From NCBI GenBank assembly GCA_023920165.1, contig CP089277.1:3286001-3350000 (forward strand): a DNA stretch of 64,000 nucleotides, written 5' to 3'. The notes under the pieces were generated by a model. The model worked only from the letters and a program-made list of their open reading frames with translations. It was not told the origin of the DNA and did not search any database. Made by a program: the position numbers and the translations under genes. Below, in pieces: positions 24,846 through 36,925 of this stretch. How positions within the stretch are numbered: position 1 is the first letter of the stretch; each line of letters starts with the position of its first letter. The stretch comes from Curvularia clavata. Its lineage: Eukaryota.

Positions 24846-25449
24846 ATGGTGAGCTAGTCGAAGCGCCGTACATTTGAGAGTATACTGACCTTCACAGTCC
24901 GCCCAAAACTCCGCGGGTATCCAGACCCTGCTCGACGTAAGCCAGTACAGCCCACTATCACCTGCGCCGTAGCTCACATGGTACACAGGCCGAGCGTGAA
25001 GCCCAGAAGATTGTCCAGCAAGGTATACAGAGGCTACAAGTATTTTGTAGAGGCAGATGCTAACAGTGAAACAGCAAGAGAATGTAAATCAGACTGCATA
25101 CATCCTACCCAAACACCGCTCTAACCAGCCTAGACCGCACTAAGCGCGTAAAGGACGCCAGAAACGAAGCGCAAAAAGAAATCGACGACTACAGGAACGA
25201 GAAGGAGACCGAGTACCAGAAGTTCGAGAAGGAGGTGTGTAGTCCAGTCATGTCGCATATTGGACATTCGGAAAGCTGACACCAGTGCAGCACAGCTCGG
25301 GCAACCAAAAGGCCGAAGAGGACGCAAAGAAGGATACTGATGCCAAGATCAAGGAGATTGAAGAGATTGGCAACAAGTCTGGTGGAAAGGTCGTCGACCA
25401 GCTGATTGAGGCTGTCATTAGCGCACACCCCGAGCCACCAAAGAAATAA
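24846..25449 (+). CDS. VMA10: V-type ATPase subunit G; 6 exons
   Basis: Spliced product M-SAQNSAGIQTLLD-AEREAQKIVQQ-ARE-YRTKRVKDARNEAQKEIDDYR...EKE-HSSGNQKAEEDA...PEPPKK*. Introns start at 24849, 24937, 25023, 25084 and ~25235. Confidence 0.93.
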
Positions 25450-25966
25450 GCAGGACAAACATGGGCAGTCGTTGGGGCACACAAGGATAGTCAAGAATAC
25501 ACGTTATGGAAACAGTCGAACGCCTTAGACAGCATGGCAAGCAGCGTGTCTTGTCCCCCTTGTAGCCCTCAAGGCTGAAGTACGCTTTTCGGTTTCTATA
25601 CAGCATACGAGGCATTACGAGAATGTCTTGATACCCAAGAGATAATGTGCTTAGGCTCACCGCGATCTTATCTGTAACGTCGTTCATATTCCATCTACGC
25701 ATGCCAGTGAAATACATCCTGAATATATATCTTAGGCCAATGACATATTGTGAACTTAAAACACTACCCATATTTTCGAGGCTACATTACTTTCGAAAGA
25801 GACATATAACACTCCAAAATCCATGATAGGGCTTCCGTCTCGACTCGCTCTGTTCTGTCGTAGACCCTGGTCGACATTGTTCGCTAATAACCCTACGTCA
25901 TCTCTATGTGGAGCGGAACTTCAAACTTCAGCGCGACTCATCATTGCAACTCACCGCGCTGACCCA

Positions 25967-27400
25967 ATGATACGAATATGTTTCCGAACGGCTCTTCGCT
26001 CGCCTGTGCCCAGGCCGACATACAACTTTCCCAAAACAACATCCCTATGCTGCCGCCAGTTCAGTAGTGCGCAATGGCGCAAAGAAGATCCGCGCATGCC
26101 CGGTGCTGGCCGCGAAATCGTAGATGAATTTGCTGTGTTGCGCGAAAAATATGGTATTCTGGACGTCATTTCGCTGTCGTGTACAGTAAAAACTAACATA
26201 TTTAGATGCTCCTGTATGGATCCGACTTTAGTTCATATGACGCTTCCTAACTCTACTAGAAAAACACTATAGTCCTCGCACATGGTCTGCTTGGGTTTGA
26301 TGAATTGCGTCTAGCAGGTCAGTTTATACCAGGTATTCAATACTGGCGTGGTATTACAGATGCGTTGGCAAAAAAGGGTATCGAGGTTATTGTCGCTGCC
26401 GTCCCTCCCAGTGGAAGCATAGAGAACCGATCAGCAAAGTTGGCTGAGAGCATCGCGATGAAAGCCAGAGGAAAACAAGTGAATATCATTGCGTAAGCAA
26501 AACGTGTACCAGGGCACTTTTAGGCACATTACTGACACGCGACAGACACAGCATGGTATGAGGCATGGAACAATCCGAGTGGCACTCAGTAACTAACACC
26601 CGGCTAGGGGTAATGGTATATGTCCTCGCACAGGAAGAACATACTAAGCCACTACAGCGGCCTCGACTCGCGATACATGATCAGCCGTCTTCGGCCAGCG
26701 GACTTTAAGATCCTCTCCTTAACGACCATCGCAACTCCTCATAGAGGCTCTGCATTTGCAGACTACATGTTTGAGACCATCGGCCGTATGTCCCCAAGAA
26801 CTTCTGCGAGTTGCTTGCTGACTTCAACAGCTCGTCGAATCAAGCGTATCTACAAAGTCATGGAGTACTTTGGGCTTGAGACTGGGGCTTTCTCACAGCT
26901 CACGCGGGAGTATATGACAACAAACTTCAATCCCAAGACGCCGGACATACCCGATGTCAAGTATTATTCGTATGGCGCATCCCTGGAGCCAAGTCGGTGG
27001 TCTGTTTTTGCGCCATCGCATGCAATCATCAAGCCCATAGAGGGCGTCAACGACGGTCTAGTTAGGTACGGATGAACCAGCTCCTTTTTCATAGAAGAGT
27101 GGCTGAGTAACTGCAGTGTACAATCAAGTCAATGGGGCGATTATAAAGGGACGTTAATTGGCGTCAGTCATCTAGATCTAATCAACTGGACAAACCGTCT
27201 CAAATGGTTCTTTTGGGAGCTTACTGGCAGCAAGCGCAAGTATGTACAACCTTTCACAAGTGTTGAACTGAAGCTAACAGCGACCTAGTTTCAATGCCAT
27301 TGCATTTTACCTTGATATTTGTGGTACGTAGCTGATAACAAAACTGTTTCAACACTTTTGCTGATAATTGATAGATATGCTAGCGAAAGAAGACTTGTAG
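25967..27400 (+). CDS. Triacylglycerol lipase (Tgl2-like alpha/beta hydrolase) with a probable mitochondrial presequence; 10 exons
   Basis: Motifs IVLAHGLLGFDE, AHSMGGLDSR, TTIATPHRGS, NDGLVSV and VSHLDLINW. Introns 26154-26205, 26214-26259, 26493-26545, 26556-26607, 26610-26657, 26786-26830, 27066-27116, 27240-27288 and 27324-27374. Arg-rich N-terminus. Confidence 0.9.
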
Positions 27401-28100
27401 TTACCCAAGACTACAGCATGTAGATGGTAAAACATCTGCTCCTTGGCACGGATATATCGGAAGTGGGAGAAGTCGATTGTGCCCAACTTGCAGTCTTTGG
27501 ATAGCTTGGAATTTGGTATGCCAACAGAGCGAAATTGCCCCAGCCATCGCAAAATCAGCCGCAAGTAAGCACCTTGATGTGCCGAAAGCTATGAGGGGCG
27601 ATCATACAAGGGGGCTGGTTCGGCCTGAACTTGCGGCTGGAGTTGTGGCTGTGTACTGCAAGTCATCCGGACTAGGGATATGGTGCATTGAAAAATGCGC
27701 GTGTGACATACAACCATGGAGAGTTGAGGAAATAAACCCTTTTCCACTGTCTGGTTGATTGGGGAACGTATGTACATGTGAATAGCTCCCTCCAAGCCTG
27801 GGCTGTTGTGGCAGCATAGCTCACGCCATGACGTCTGCGGGGATGATGCCAAACCCCTCCGCAGGCATCCGTTTTGCGACCTGTGTTACTGGCACTGCTT
27901 GCAAAACCCGACACGCGTAATTCAGGCTTAGCCGCTGCATCAGAAATGTCGCCAATGCACTGACTTAGCGTGCATTCCACCAGTTCTGTTTCTGATCCTG
28001 TCATGTTGTTCCCACACATAAAGGTCGCGAATTTCTAGGAACACCTGTCTGCCCAACTCGACACGTTGTAGCCCGACCTGAGGGAACCTGGCCGCCCGAC

Positions 28101-29649
28101 ATGATTGTCAGCATTGTGCTGGAGCACCCGCATGAGCACTACACTAATCTCGATCTCATACAAGGCAAGGTGTTTTTGCGCGTGCCGAATCCGACGAACA
28201 TCAGCAGCATCGTTGTGAAGCTTGAAGGCGAGAGCAGGACCCGGCTGCTGGCGCCTATACATCCAAATAGACCAGACAAGCAGAGGCCCGTACTGGAAGT
28301 GCACAAGTTTCTCTACAAGACGCAGGTGGTATGGCCGACAAATGTGCGCCCAGAAGATATAAACCCAAAAGCAGCCTTTACTATCAATGCCGGCTCGTTT
28401 GAGTATCCCTATGAGTTCAAGGTACGAGAGCTGCTAAAGACTTAACAGGACTCATGCGCAAAGCTAATCATCAACGTAGCTCCCTTTGAACACACAGTGC
28501 CAGCAAACGAATAACCCCATCTCCAACGTTTCCTTCTCGAATACGATCCCCGAGTTCGCAAAGACCCCGACACGACACATAAAGTCTACGCTCCCGCCAA
28601 CGCTGAGCGGCTTTCCCGGCGAAGCTGAGATACGTTACTATGTCAAGGTGACAGTGAACCGACCCTCGTTATTCAAGGAAAATCCCCGAGCAATCGCAAA
28701 CTTTACATTTCTTCCCATTGAACCGCCTCGACCGGAAAGGCAAGACGGAGAAGCATATGCAAGGCGGCAGCATGAGTTCCTAGAGAATGCTGTGAGCGTA
28801 GCAGCAAGCAAGAAGCCTAGCTTCCTCGACAGGAAGAGTTCATCGGCAAGTATGCGGCCTGCGTCAAGTGGGATGGGTCCGCGTGTAGCCATAGACGCAA
28901 GACTGCCGAATCCTGCCATTCTTACGTGCAATCAAGATATTCCGCTACGGCTGCTTGTCAAAAATGTCAGCGCGCGCAGCAAGAACATATATCTGCAAAT
29001 GCTGCAGGTCGAACTGATTGGGTACACTAGAGTACAAGCCCATGAAGTGTCCCGCACAGAGTCGAACAGTTGGATATTGTGTTCTTTCAGCAACATGGCG
29101 ATACCCATTGGGTCGCCCTCGGACGCCATAGACACCGAAGTTCCAATCAATCCCGAGTACTGGTCTGGCCAGCCGGTACCCAATACAGTATCGCCCACCT
29201 TCACAACTTGCAATCTTTCTCGCTTCTACGAACTTGAGATTCGCGTTGGTCTTGGCTATGGGAGCTACAAGCATGGAGAAGACCAGCTGATTGTCTTGCC
29301 GCTCAGATTACCAGTCAAGGTTTTCTCGGGCATTGCGCCTCCCAAGGCATTACTGGAGGCGGGATTGAATACCAGAGCAGTAGGAAAACCCGCCACACTG
29401 CAAATTCCCCAGTACGGACAAGCTCCGCATACACCAACCTCACCATCCCATGCGGGCTTCAGCAACCCCAACGCGTTTGCCGGCCAGCCAGTGCAACCTC
29501 AAAATACACCGGCCTATGATGACGCACCACCGAGCTACGAAGATGCAATAGGACAGGATCTTCCGCCGATTAATGGCTATCGAGGGTCATACCAACCCCC
29601 TCCTATACCTGAGGGCGCCCCGAGACTTTCGGACGAAAAGAGAAGATGA
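28101..29649 (+). CDS. Alpha-arrestin (arrestin-related trafficking adaptor); 2 exons
   Basis: IVVKLEGESRT, EVHKFLYK, YPYEFK-LP (intron 28422-28479), LPPTL, IRYYVKVTVNRP and a C-terminal PPSY motif. Confidence 0.88.
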
Positions 29650-29673
29650 GAGCGTTGTCACTGAATAGAAGTT

Positions 29674-29688
29674 GGGGGGGGGGGGGGG
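29674..29688 (+). repeat. G15 homopolymer in the arrestin 3' UTR
   Basis: Fifteen consecutive G about 25 nt after the stop codon. Confidence 0.85.
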
Positions 29689-31251
29689 AACGGCCGGCCG
29701 CGGATCGACCGTGCAGCAGTGTGAGGATGGTGGTAATGTGTGAGAAGTTGGTCTGGGCAGCAGTCCCGGGCGGCCGTACGAAAGGCCAGGAAGAAGCCGG
29801 GGCTGCAACAGAAGCCGCCCCCCAAATGGACGCAGAAGCAAAAAGGTGGAGACATGCAGAAGCCGGATTAGAAGACGATGTTTTACTTTTTTTTTGTAAC
29901 CAATGAGTGTACTTGGTAATAGCCTTATGGAAACAAGGGCGGCAGGTGGAGATAAGAATGAAACAGAGTACTGATCTGGAGAGGTGCATGTCAAGACGAG
30001 ACAGACGTTTGATGTCCAATCACGGTATTGTTTCATGCAGTCTTTTGGACACAGGGCTGTCCCCTTTGAATCGAAGTGCTCATGGCGATATGGAAGTGCG
30101 GGGTACGTATGGATGGTGCACGACCGGTGAGCCTACCTGCGGGACACTATATCGCGTGGCGGCAAAAAAGCCATCATGCGGGCGAGGCATTTTACGCGGG
30201 TGTGTTTTGTGTTGTGAAGGTCGCGTTCTGGTCACCGTGACAAAAACAAGAGTCGTCGAGGTCGCCGTACGATGCCTGCTCTTCACTTGTCCGTTGCATT
30301 CCGCGCCCGGTGCTCTAAGTGCTGGCGGCGGTGGGTCATGTGACGTGTGTGAAGACTGAGTCATCGGATGCCAGCGAAGTATGAAAAATATGAGGCTGGC
30401 GACCCACGACAATTGGGATGGTGTTGACATTGTTCAAGCCACATGGGTCGACGCCTTGCTCTGGCTTGCCGGCTAGTAATCGATAATCTCGCATTGGGCT
30501 TCCCGTTGTGTGAAACAGACGCGACATAGTCTTCCCAAAGCGTGTTTATTGTTGTGGCAGTCTGCCGAATCGCGACTCGCCCGAGCAACGTCCAGACGCG
30601 TCGTGCCTGGCTTGCCAACAAGCGTGCAGGCTTGATTCTTTTGGGAGACTGACCGCCAGTCACAAGTGGCCGGTCGCGGCTTCCTAGACAGACCGGCACC
30701 CGTCGTGCAGGGGCTACTGCACGTGCCAGCTGCACCTTCCAGGCCTGGCTGGCATCCCATTGGCTGCACCGCACGGGTTGTTTCACGCCCAGTCTTGGCT
30801 GCAGCCCCGCTTAGCAACTTTGTCGAATCGTCGCGTCCAACACCATATATACACGTCCTTCCACCGCGACATGGTCGTGTTTTTCTACAGCACTGCTCGG
30901 GCTATTCTGAGTTAACAGCCTGCGACTCTGCTGGCCACCTTCGTTGGCGTCTAGGAACACCTTTGACTCACACTTGCAGCTCGCGTGTAGCGTGGATCCG
31001 GCCCCGCTTTTTACAACATGGCCGTAGTAGGTAAATACCTTTGGGAAACCAAAGGGCCCCCTCAATGGTCATTGCCTGTCTCGTTTCCTGAGGATTCAAC
31101 TTTTTTTGCTCTTTTTTTCAAGTGCTGGATGTTTGATACGACTTTGACAATTTATCTGAAATTCACTACGAGATTGATTCCGTGACGAGACTATCAGATT
31201 GAACATACCAAACACTTGTATGCGACAACTATTACTACTCCACCACCCACC

Positions 31252-32936
31252 ATGTACTCGCAGCGACGAACGCCCCCGCCGCTGAAGCGATCGAATTCAG
31301 GAGAAAGCCACAACAGCTATGCCAGCGCTGCGACGACCGTGTCGCGCTCCAGCTCCAAGCTGCTGTTTGGTGAAATCCCCCTTAGCCCCGTGACGACCGC
31401 AGATGGAAGATGTAAGCGGTTCTTGGCCTTGAGAAACAACCAGATACTAACCTTTGCAAAGCAATGCGATCCAATGGATCCATCTGTAACTTGGTGCTCT
31501 CCACAAGCTCAGTGTTTCTGCGCTTCTGGCTGAACGACGCCTGTCGCGACAATGTCCTGGACCGTATAGAGCCCGAGGACCTGGCCAACTTCCGCCTCGT
31601 GTGCCACGACTTTTCTTCAAAGGCTGCGTCGCGACTCTTTGAGAAGATGACGGTGACCTTCAAGACTTCTACCTTTACTAAGCCGGCGCGCATGGAGGCG
31701 CTCTCGAGGATAGGCCGCCATGTCAAGACCTTCACCTTTTACATGCCCCATGGGCCGGAGACTTGTCTGCCACCTATCATTGACCCCTTGACTGGCACGG
31801 AGAAGCAGTTTCTCTACGAGCCTCAAGTCCAGGCACCCCAATGCGGGCCAGCCAAGGACAAGGCGCCCAAGTATGGCAGCTGGGAGATGCAAGACCTGCT
31901 CATCAAGCAGTACCCGCCTCTGTTCCATGCTGCTACCAATGTCCCGGCCTTTTGTGCAGCCTTCTCGGAACTCATCAACCTTACGCATCTCAAGATCTCA
32001 TGCCCGGGATCCACCAGCGCGCAAAGACATCGTCGTGGTGTCGTGGATTACGCCCTCATCTCTCTGCGCATTGCCATTGAGCGTGCGCCACTGTACAGTC
32101 TTTCTGCCCTATCACTTCTTCCCATCCACCCTGGTGGCCTGCTCTACCTCCACCCTATGCACGGGTTTGGAAGCACACCTTCATCTGCAAAGCGATGGCG
32201 ACAAATCCGTCGGCTGTCAATCTGCATGGAGAGCGTACCTTTCGCCTCGCCATCCCCCCGGATACGCACACAATCACTGGAGCACCTTCGCATCCTGCAC
32301 GCTTATCTCGCAACCCTCTCGCGCAGCCTGACCCGCGTCTTCTTTCGCTGGAAAGGCACTCGCGGCCCTTCACCCCTATCCCTTGATCTTGAACCCTGCA
32401 TGCTTCCCACCACCGACCAAAGCACCCAGCACCCTTCCTTGCGCACCCTCCCCCATGGCCCACGGCCTCTGAACTTCCCCCGCCTGCGCGTCATGGAGCT
32501 CGAGAACGCCATCATGGATTCGTCTCAAATCAGCGACTTTATCCTCAAGCACAGGAACACGCTCCGTGAGTTCAACTTTGAGGACGTCAAACTGCGTGAG
32601 GGAGACTGGGACATTGCGCTCGAACCCCTGACTACCATCTCCGGAAGCGACAGCTGGAAGCAGTACAAAGAAGAGGCCATGGATGTGCCGATTATGTTGT
32701 CACCGGTTGAGATTCAGCCTGAGCCAAGGATCATGGGGCCTTTGATGCAGGAGGTGGAGAATGCCATTGATATGGCGAGTGGGCGCGAGAGGAGAGAACA
32801 TGCACTGTCGAGGTGGTTGGGCAGACCCAGACAGAAGAGCATGGCTGCTAACAAAGATAGCTTCTGGGGCGGAAGCAAGCGCCTGCTTCATCTTTCGAGT
32901 TGGAAGCCTGGTGGTGGCGCGGTGATGGCGCACTGA
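31252..32936 (+). CDS. Conserved fungal protein with an F-box-like motif and an LRR-like C-terminal region; 2 exons
   Basis: Intron 31412-31461 joins MYSQRRTPP... to a 490-codon ORF. F-box-like NVLDRIEPEDLANFRLVCHDF. Coding-like codon usage. Confidence 0.75.
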
Positions 32937-33756
32937 TGATGTGGCTAGTGGTATTTTCCTTTCCTTTCCTGCCTTTCCCTTCTTGTGTCATGGTCCTATC
33001 TCTCCTATCTTATTACGCTCGATACCCTCTCTCTGGGATGGCTAAAAGGCGTTTGATGTTTGTTCTTTTCCTTCTTGGGTCTGAGGACCTGTCCGGTCTT
33101 TTCATCGTTTCCTTTGTCACTTTCCCTTTGTTGTCTTTCTGTTACGCAATACATGTCTCGATGATGACGGCCTTGACGACGACTCACGCTTACATGCATG
33201 TGCTTACGATTGAATGGTTACGTAGAAGTTTAGACATCATGACCTTTATACGATACGATCTCTTAGATTCTCTAAAATCTTCACAAGACGCATGTGCTCA
33301 TCATATTCGTGGTCCTCGAAAAGTCAGCAGTTAACGCTACACCGAATCTGCCCATGAACACCAGCATGCGCACTCGTCACGCAAATAACGGCAAGTGATG
33401 CGAGCATATTCTTACTATGCACAAAAATGGTTTAGTGCACCCTGGTTCGCGTCCACGTGCACCGCTCCAAAGCAGGAATGCCTCGGTATGCAGGGGTCAC
33501 CCCCCGGGTTTCTTGGCTGATGTCTGCGTCTGTCTGGCGTTCACATGCTTTTGGATCTTTTCCCCGGATTCAAGGGCGGCCGGGATAAATCGCATCGTCA
33601 CTCCTTCCCCAGACACAGTTATATATTCACTGTTTTGCCCCGTGTTCTTTCTGCGCTTGTCCACACACACTCTCTTTCCCCACACACCCACTAAAGTTCA
33701 TCCACCGTAATCACAACTGTAGCCTGGTGCTTCCACGACACCACAAAGCCATCATC

Positions 33757-34215
33757 ATGTCTCTCAAGAACGGTACAAAAGCCCACGTGTCCCAGCCTTC
33801 CCACCCTCCCCACTAACAAGTATGCCCTTCAACAGACGCCTTCCCCTCCTCCGCCGCCTTCGACGCCATCGCTCAGGCTCTCACTTCGGACGCCGCGCGC
33901 AAAGACGCTATCAAAACCGGTGGCGCCATCTTCTCCTTCAACCTCAAAAACAAAGCCGGCCAGACAGAGCAATGGTATCTTGACCTCAAGGAAACCGGTA
34001 CCGTGGGCAAGGGCGAGGCGCCAGAGGGCAAGAAGGCTGATGTCACGCTCACGCTGCCTGATGAAGACTTTGGCAAGTTGGTCGTTGGAAAGGCGAATGC
34101 GCAGAGGATGTTCATGGGAGGAAAGCTCAAGGTCAAGGGCAACGTTATGAAGGCGACCAAGTTGGAAGCGGTGTTGAAGAAGGCGAATGTTGGCGAGGCG
34201 AAGGCGAAATTGTAG
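33757..34215 (+). CDS. Peroxisomal sterol carrier protein 2 (SCP2/Pox18-like lipid-binding protein); 2 exons
   Basis: MSLKN-DAFPSSAAFDAI (intron 33773-33835), WYLDLK, FMGGKLKVKGNVMKA and a C-terminal PTS1 -AKL. Confidence 0.92.
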
Positions 34216-34592
34216 GGAGATTCTGTGTGTAAGATGAATGGTGATAAATGTATTTGTTTCCTTGTTTTGCATGAGGTAGTTTCAGTCAGAGGGTTGGTCG
34301 ATTCTATTTAACGCAGCCTTTAGCCAAGAATTTGGCTACATTTCATTTGGTGGTTTGTTCTTTTGGTGACGCTAGAGGATCGGTGGGTTTAAACTCAGCA
34401 CCTGAAGAATTTAGCTACATTTCACTTTGTGATTTGACTTCCGTTGTGCATCTAGTGAACACAGCGCAATGCCAAGCCCTCCACGTGACGGCGCGCCTCT
34501 ACGCGTTACAGCCTGGCGCATGTAGGATCGCTTCTCCACCTATCATCCGAATCATCGCTTTACGGCTCACCCCCGTCTCCTCTGTATTCCTA

Positions 34593-36866
34593 ATGAAGAA
34601 TGATCTCCACAAGACCTTTGGCGAGATATTCCACGACGACCTTGACGCATTTCGCAATCAATTGCTCCAGATCCAACAATACCAGGATGATCGAAAGGAG
34701 TCGGAAGAGTGGGTAGCCAACCTACGCTTTCTTGACATTTCAAAAGTTCCAGATCTTCAGGATGAAATTCTGAGGCAGGGCCGCCGTTTTGGGGCGCAAC
34801 AGAGCATAGATTCGTCACACCAACGAATAGCGCCAATTCGCCAGATCCCTATTACAAAATGCGAAGAAGACGACGGCGACGACTATATCGCCGTATCTTG
34901 GAAATGGCCTCAGACCCGCCCGATTTCTGACGCTGGGAGCACAGAGCCACCCATTTTCCGCTACTATATCAAAAGGCCAGATAAAAAATCCCACAAGAGT
35001 GGGTTTCCGGATCATTACATGGACCGAGTTGTTCGATACGCACAAAGTGTCGGTATCACCAGACTGTGGGTCGATATAGAGTGCATATACCAAAGGAAAG
35101 AGGACGAGGAAACATCTCCGAGAGACAAAGAGCTCGGAGTTCAGATTATGGACGTCGTGTATGGCGACAGCGCGCGCTCGGTCGGGTTGCTCACGGTTGA
35201 AATCCAGGACCAACGTGAAATTGATATGCTCTCAGATTTGCTTTCAAGGTCGCTCTTCGTTGACCCCAAGGACGAGGATTTTCCTGAACTGCAGCCCGGA
35301 GTCGATATCGCCGCAGTCCAAATGCTTATTCTCCATATCCTGAGCGATTCCCGCTGGTCGCGCGGCTGGATATTTCAGGAAGATCACCTCGCCTCTCAAA
35401 AGATGGTGCTTCTCATCCCACACAGCGCAGAGCTTCAAAAGAGTGGTCGATACAACTTCAAGAAACTACCGGGGGAACTCGTGATACAGCTCATGGATTT
35501 TCGTCAGACTGTGACTATGTTTTGTCTGGCTTGGGCCAAGGGCAAGATGCGATGGCCCTGCACCGAGATCTTGGCAAAAGTAAAGCAGTACAATATTTGT
35601 AACAAGATTATCAAAACGAAGCCGTCAACATCACAACATCAGCATCAGTGGAATTTTGGGAGTAGTAATTCCAGTTTCGATAGTGCAGTCGCCGAACTCA
35701 ACTCACAACCCAGCTCCTCTAAAGACTACTCGTACCCGACCACAACCGTAGGTGTACTCGAGGACATTGCTAGTCGGAGCCTAGAGAACGAGTCGGATAG
35801 GATCGCGATTGTTTCCAACGCATTGAAGTGCAAAAAGCGGCTCAATACCCGAGACGGCTCCCCCTTGCTTAAGCCGGACACTTACAGCCTTTCTGCAGCT
35901 CTTCTCACCGTCATTTTGCTGAACGGGGAAATATTAAAGGATAAGCATCTGCCTCCTTTCCATCGTATTCTTCCCTCTGAAGCAAGCATCATGAACCATA
36001 CGCTTCAATCATATCTGAACACTACTCAATCTATTTTTACGGCTCCGGGTTGTCTGCGACGCCAAAGCTTTATTGATTGCTGTCGCTTCATATCGCCAAC
36101 TATCATCCCCCGCGGAATCGAGACGAGAGGATTCCTTTTTAATGTGGTGTCCAAAGAACAGCTAGTAAAAGAGGGGTTTCAATCTGGACTGCTACGTCTC
36201 TCTGGTGCAGACAGAGAGGCCATATCAAGTACTGCCCCAAAGCGCAGGCCATGGAAGCGTAAGCTTGATAGCCATGCTTGCCAAGTACTCGGCATCCTCA
36301 TTGACAAGTTGGAAACAAAATGGCCAAACAGTAAGCTCACTAGTCACATGCGAAAACACATACTGCTGGACGAAAGCCCGCCATCCTCAAAAAAAGCGCT
36401 TCCATCCACACCGTATGTTTTGGATAACATGCATGCGCTCTATCGAGCGCTCATGGATGGCCATGAGCTTTATATTGCACGTCTAGCATCAGCACATCAA
36501 AACACAGAGCCGGTCGCTCTCTTCATTGAATCTGAGCCAGATGTCTGGACAGCTCATTGTGAAAGGAACGATTTTCTTGACACGACGGGATCGATCAAGA
36601 TATTTGCAAGCTGGGATAAGGGCCGAAATATTTACTACGATAAGGAGCGGTTAGTGAGTTTGCAGGTGAAGATATTCAACGAGGCTGGGAACACAAAAGA
36701 ATGGGATCCCCAGACTGGCTTCATGAGTCACGTTGGCTGGGTCAACGGTGTTTGGGTTGCTGATGGTGAGAAGATGAACACGTACGTTTTCGCGCTCCCG
36801 GGTATCACCCAAATAGAACCAAAGAACAATGGAAGGAAGAAAAGGAAGTGGTCCGGTGACGAGTAG
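34593..36866 (+). CDS. Heterokaryon-incompatibility (HET) domain protein
   Basis: HET motifs YIAVSWKW, LWVDIECIYQ, ELGVQIMDVVYG and RWSRGWIFQE. Intronless; the first in-frame ATG is at 34593. Confidence 0.85.
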   Translation: MKNDLHKTFGEIFHDDLDAFRNQLLQIQQYQDDRKESEEWVANLRFLDISKVPDLQDEILRQGRRFGAQQSIDSSHQRIAPIRQIPITKCEEDDGDDYIAVSWKWPQTRPISDAGSTEPPIFRYYIKRPDKKSHKSGFPDHYMDRVVRYAQSVGITRLWVDIECIYQRKEDEETSPRDKELGVQIMDVVYGDSARSVGLLTVEIQDQREIDMLSDLLSRSLFVDPKDEDFPELQPGVDIAAVQMLILHILSDSRWSRGWIFQEDHLASQKMVLLIPHSAELQKSGRYNFKKLPGELVIQLMDFRQTVTMFCLAWAKGKMRWPCTEILAKVKQYNICNKIIKTKPSTSQHQHQWNFGSSNSSFDSAVAELNSQPSSSKDYSYPTTTVGVLEDIASRSLENESDRIAIVSNALKCKKRLNTRDGSPLLKPDTYSLSAALLTVILLNGEILKDKHLPPFHRILPSEASIMNHTLQSYLNTTQSIFTAPGCLRRQSFIDCCRFISPTIIPRGIETRGFLFNVVSKEQLVKEGFQSGLLRLSGADREAISSTAPKRRPWKRKLDSHACQVLGILIDKLETKWPNSKLTSHMRKHILLDESPPSSKKALPSTPYVLDNMHALYRALMDGHELYIARLASAHQNTEPVALFIESEPDVWTAHCERNDFLDTTGSIKIFASWDKGRNIYYDKERLVSLQVKIFNEAGNTKEWDPQTGFMSHVGWVNGVWVADGEKMNTYVFALPGITQIEPKNNGRKKRKWSGDE

Positions 36867-36925
36867 ATGAAGGCAAGAGTACTCTCATGACTGATCCTAC
36901 TTTCTGCGAGTACCTTTCGAAATTA

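Noticed and set aside
34332..34592. 87-codon upstream extension of the HET ORF from a TTG
   Set aside because: It lies in the SCP2 3'/intergenic region, does not look protein-like and has no strong initiation context. ATG 34593 is preferred.
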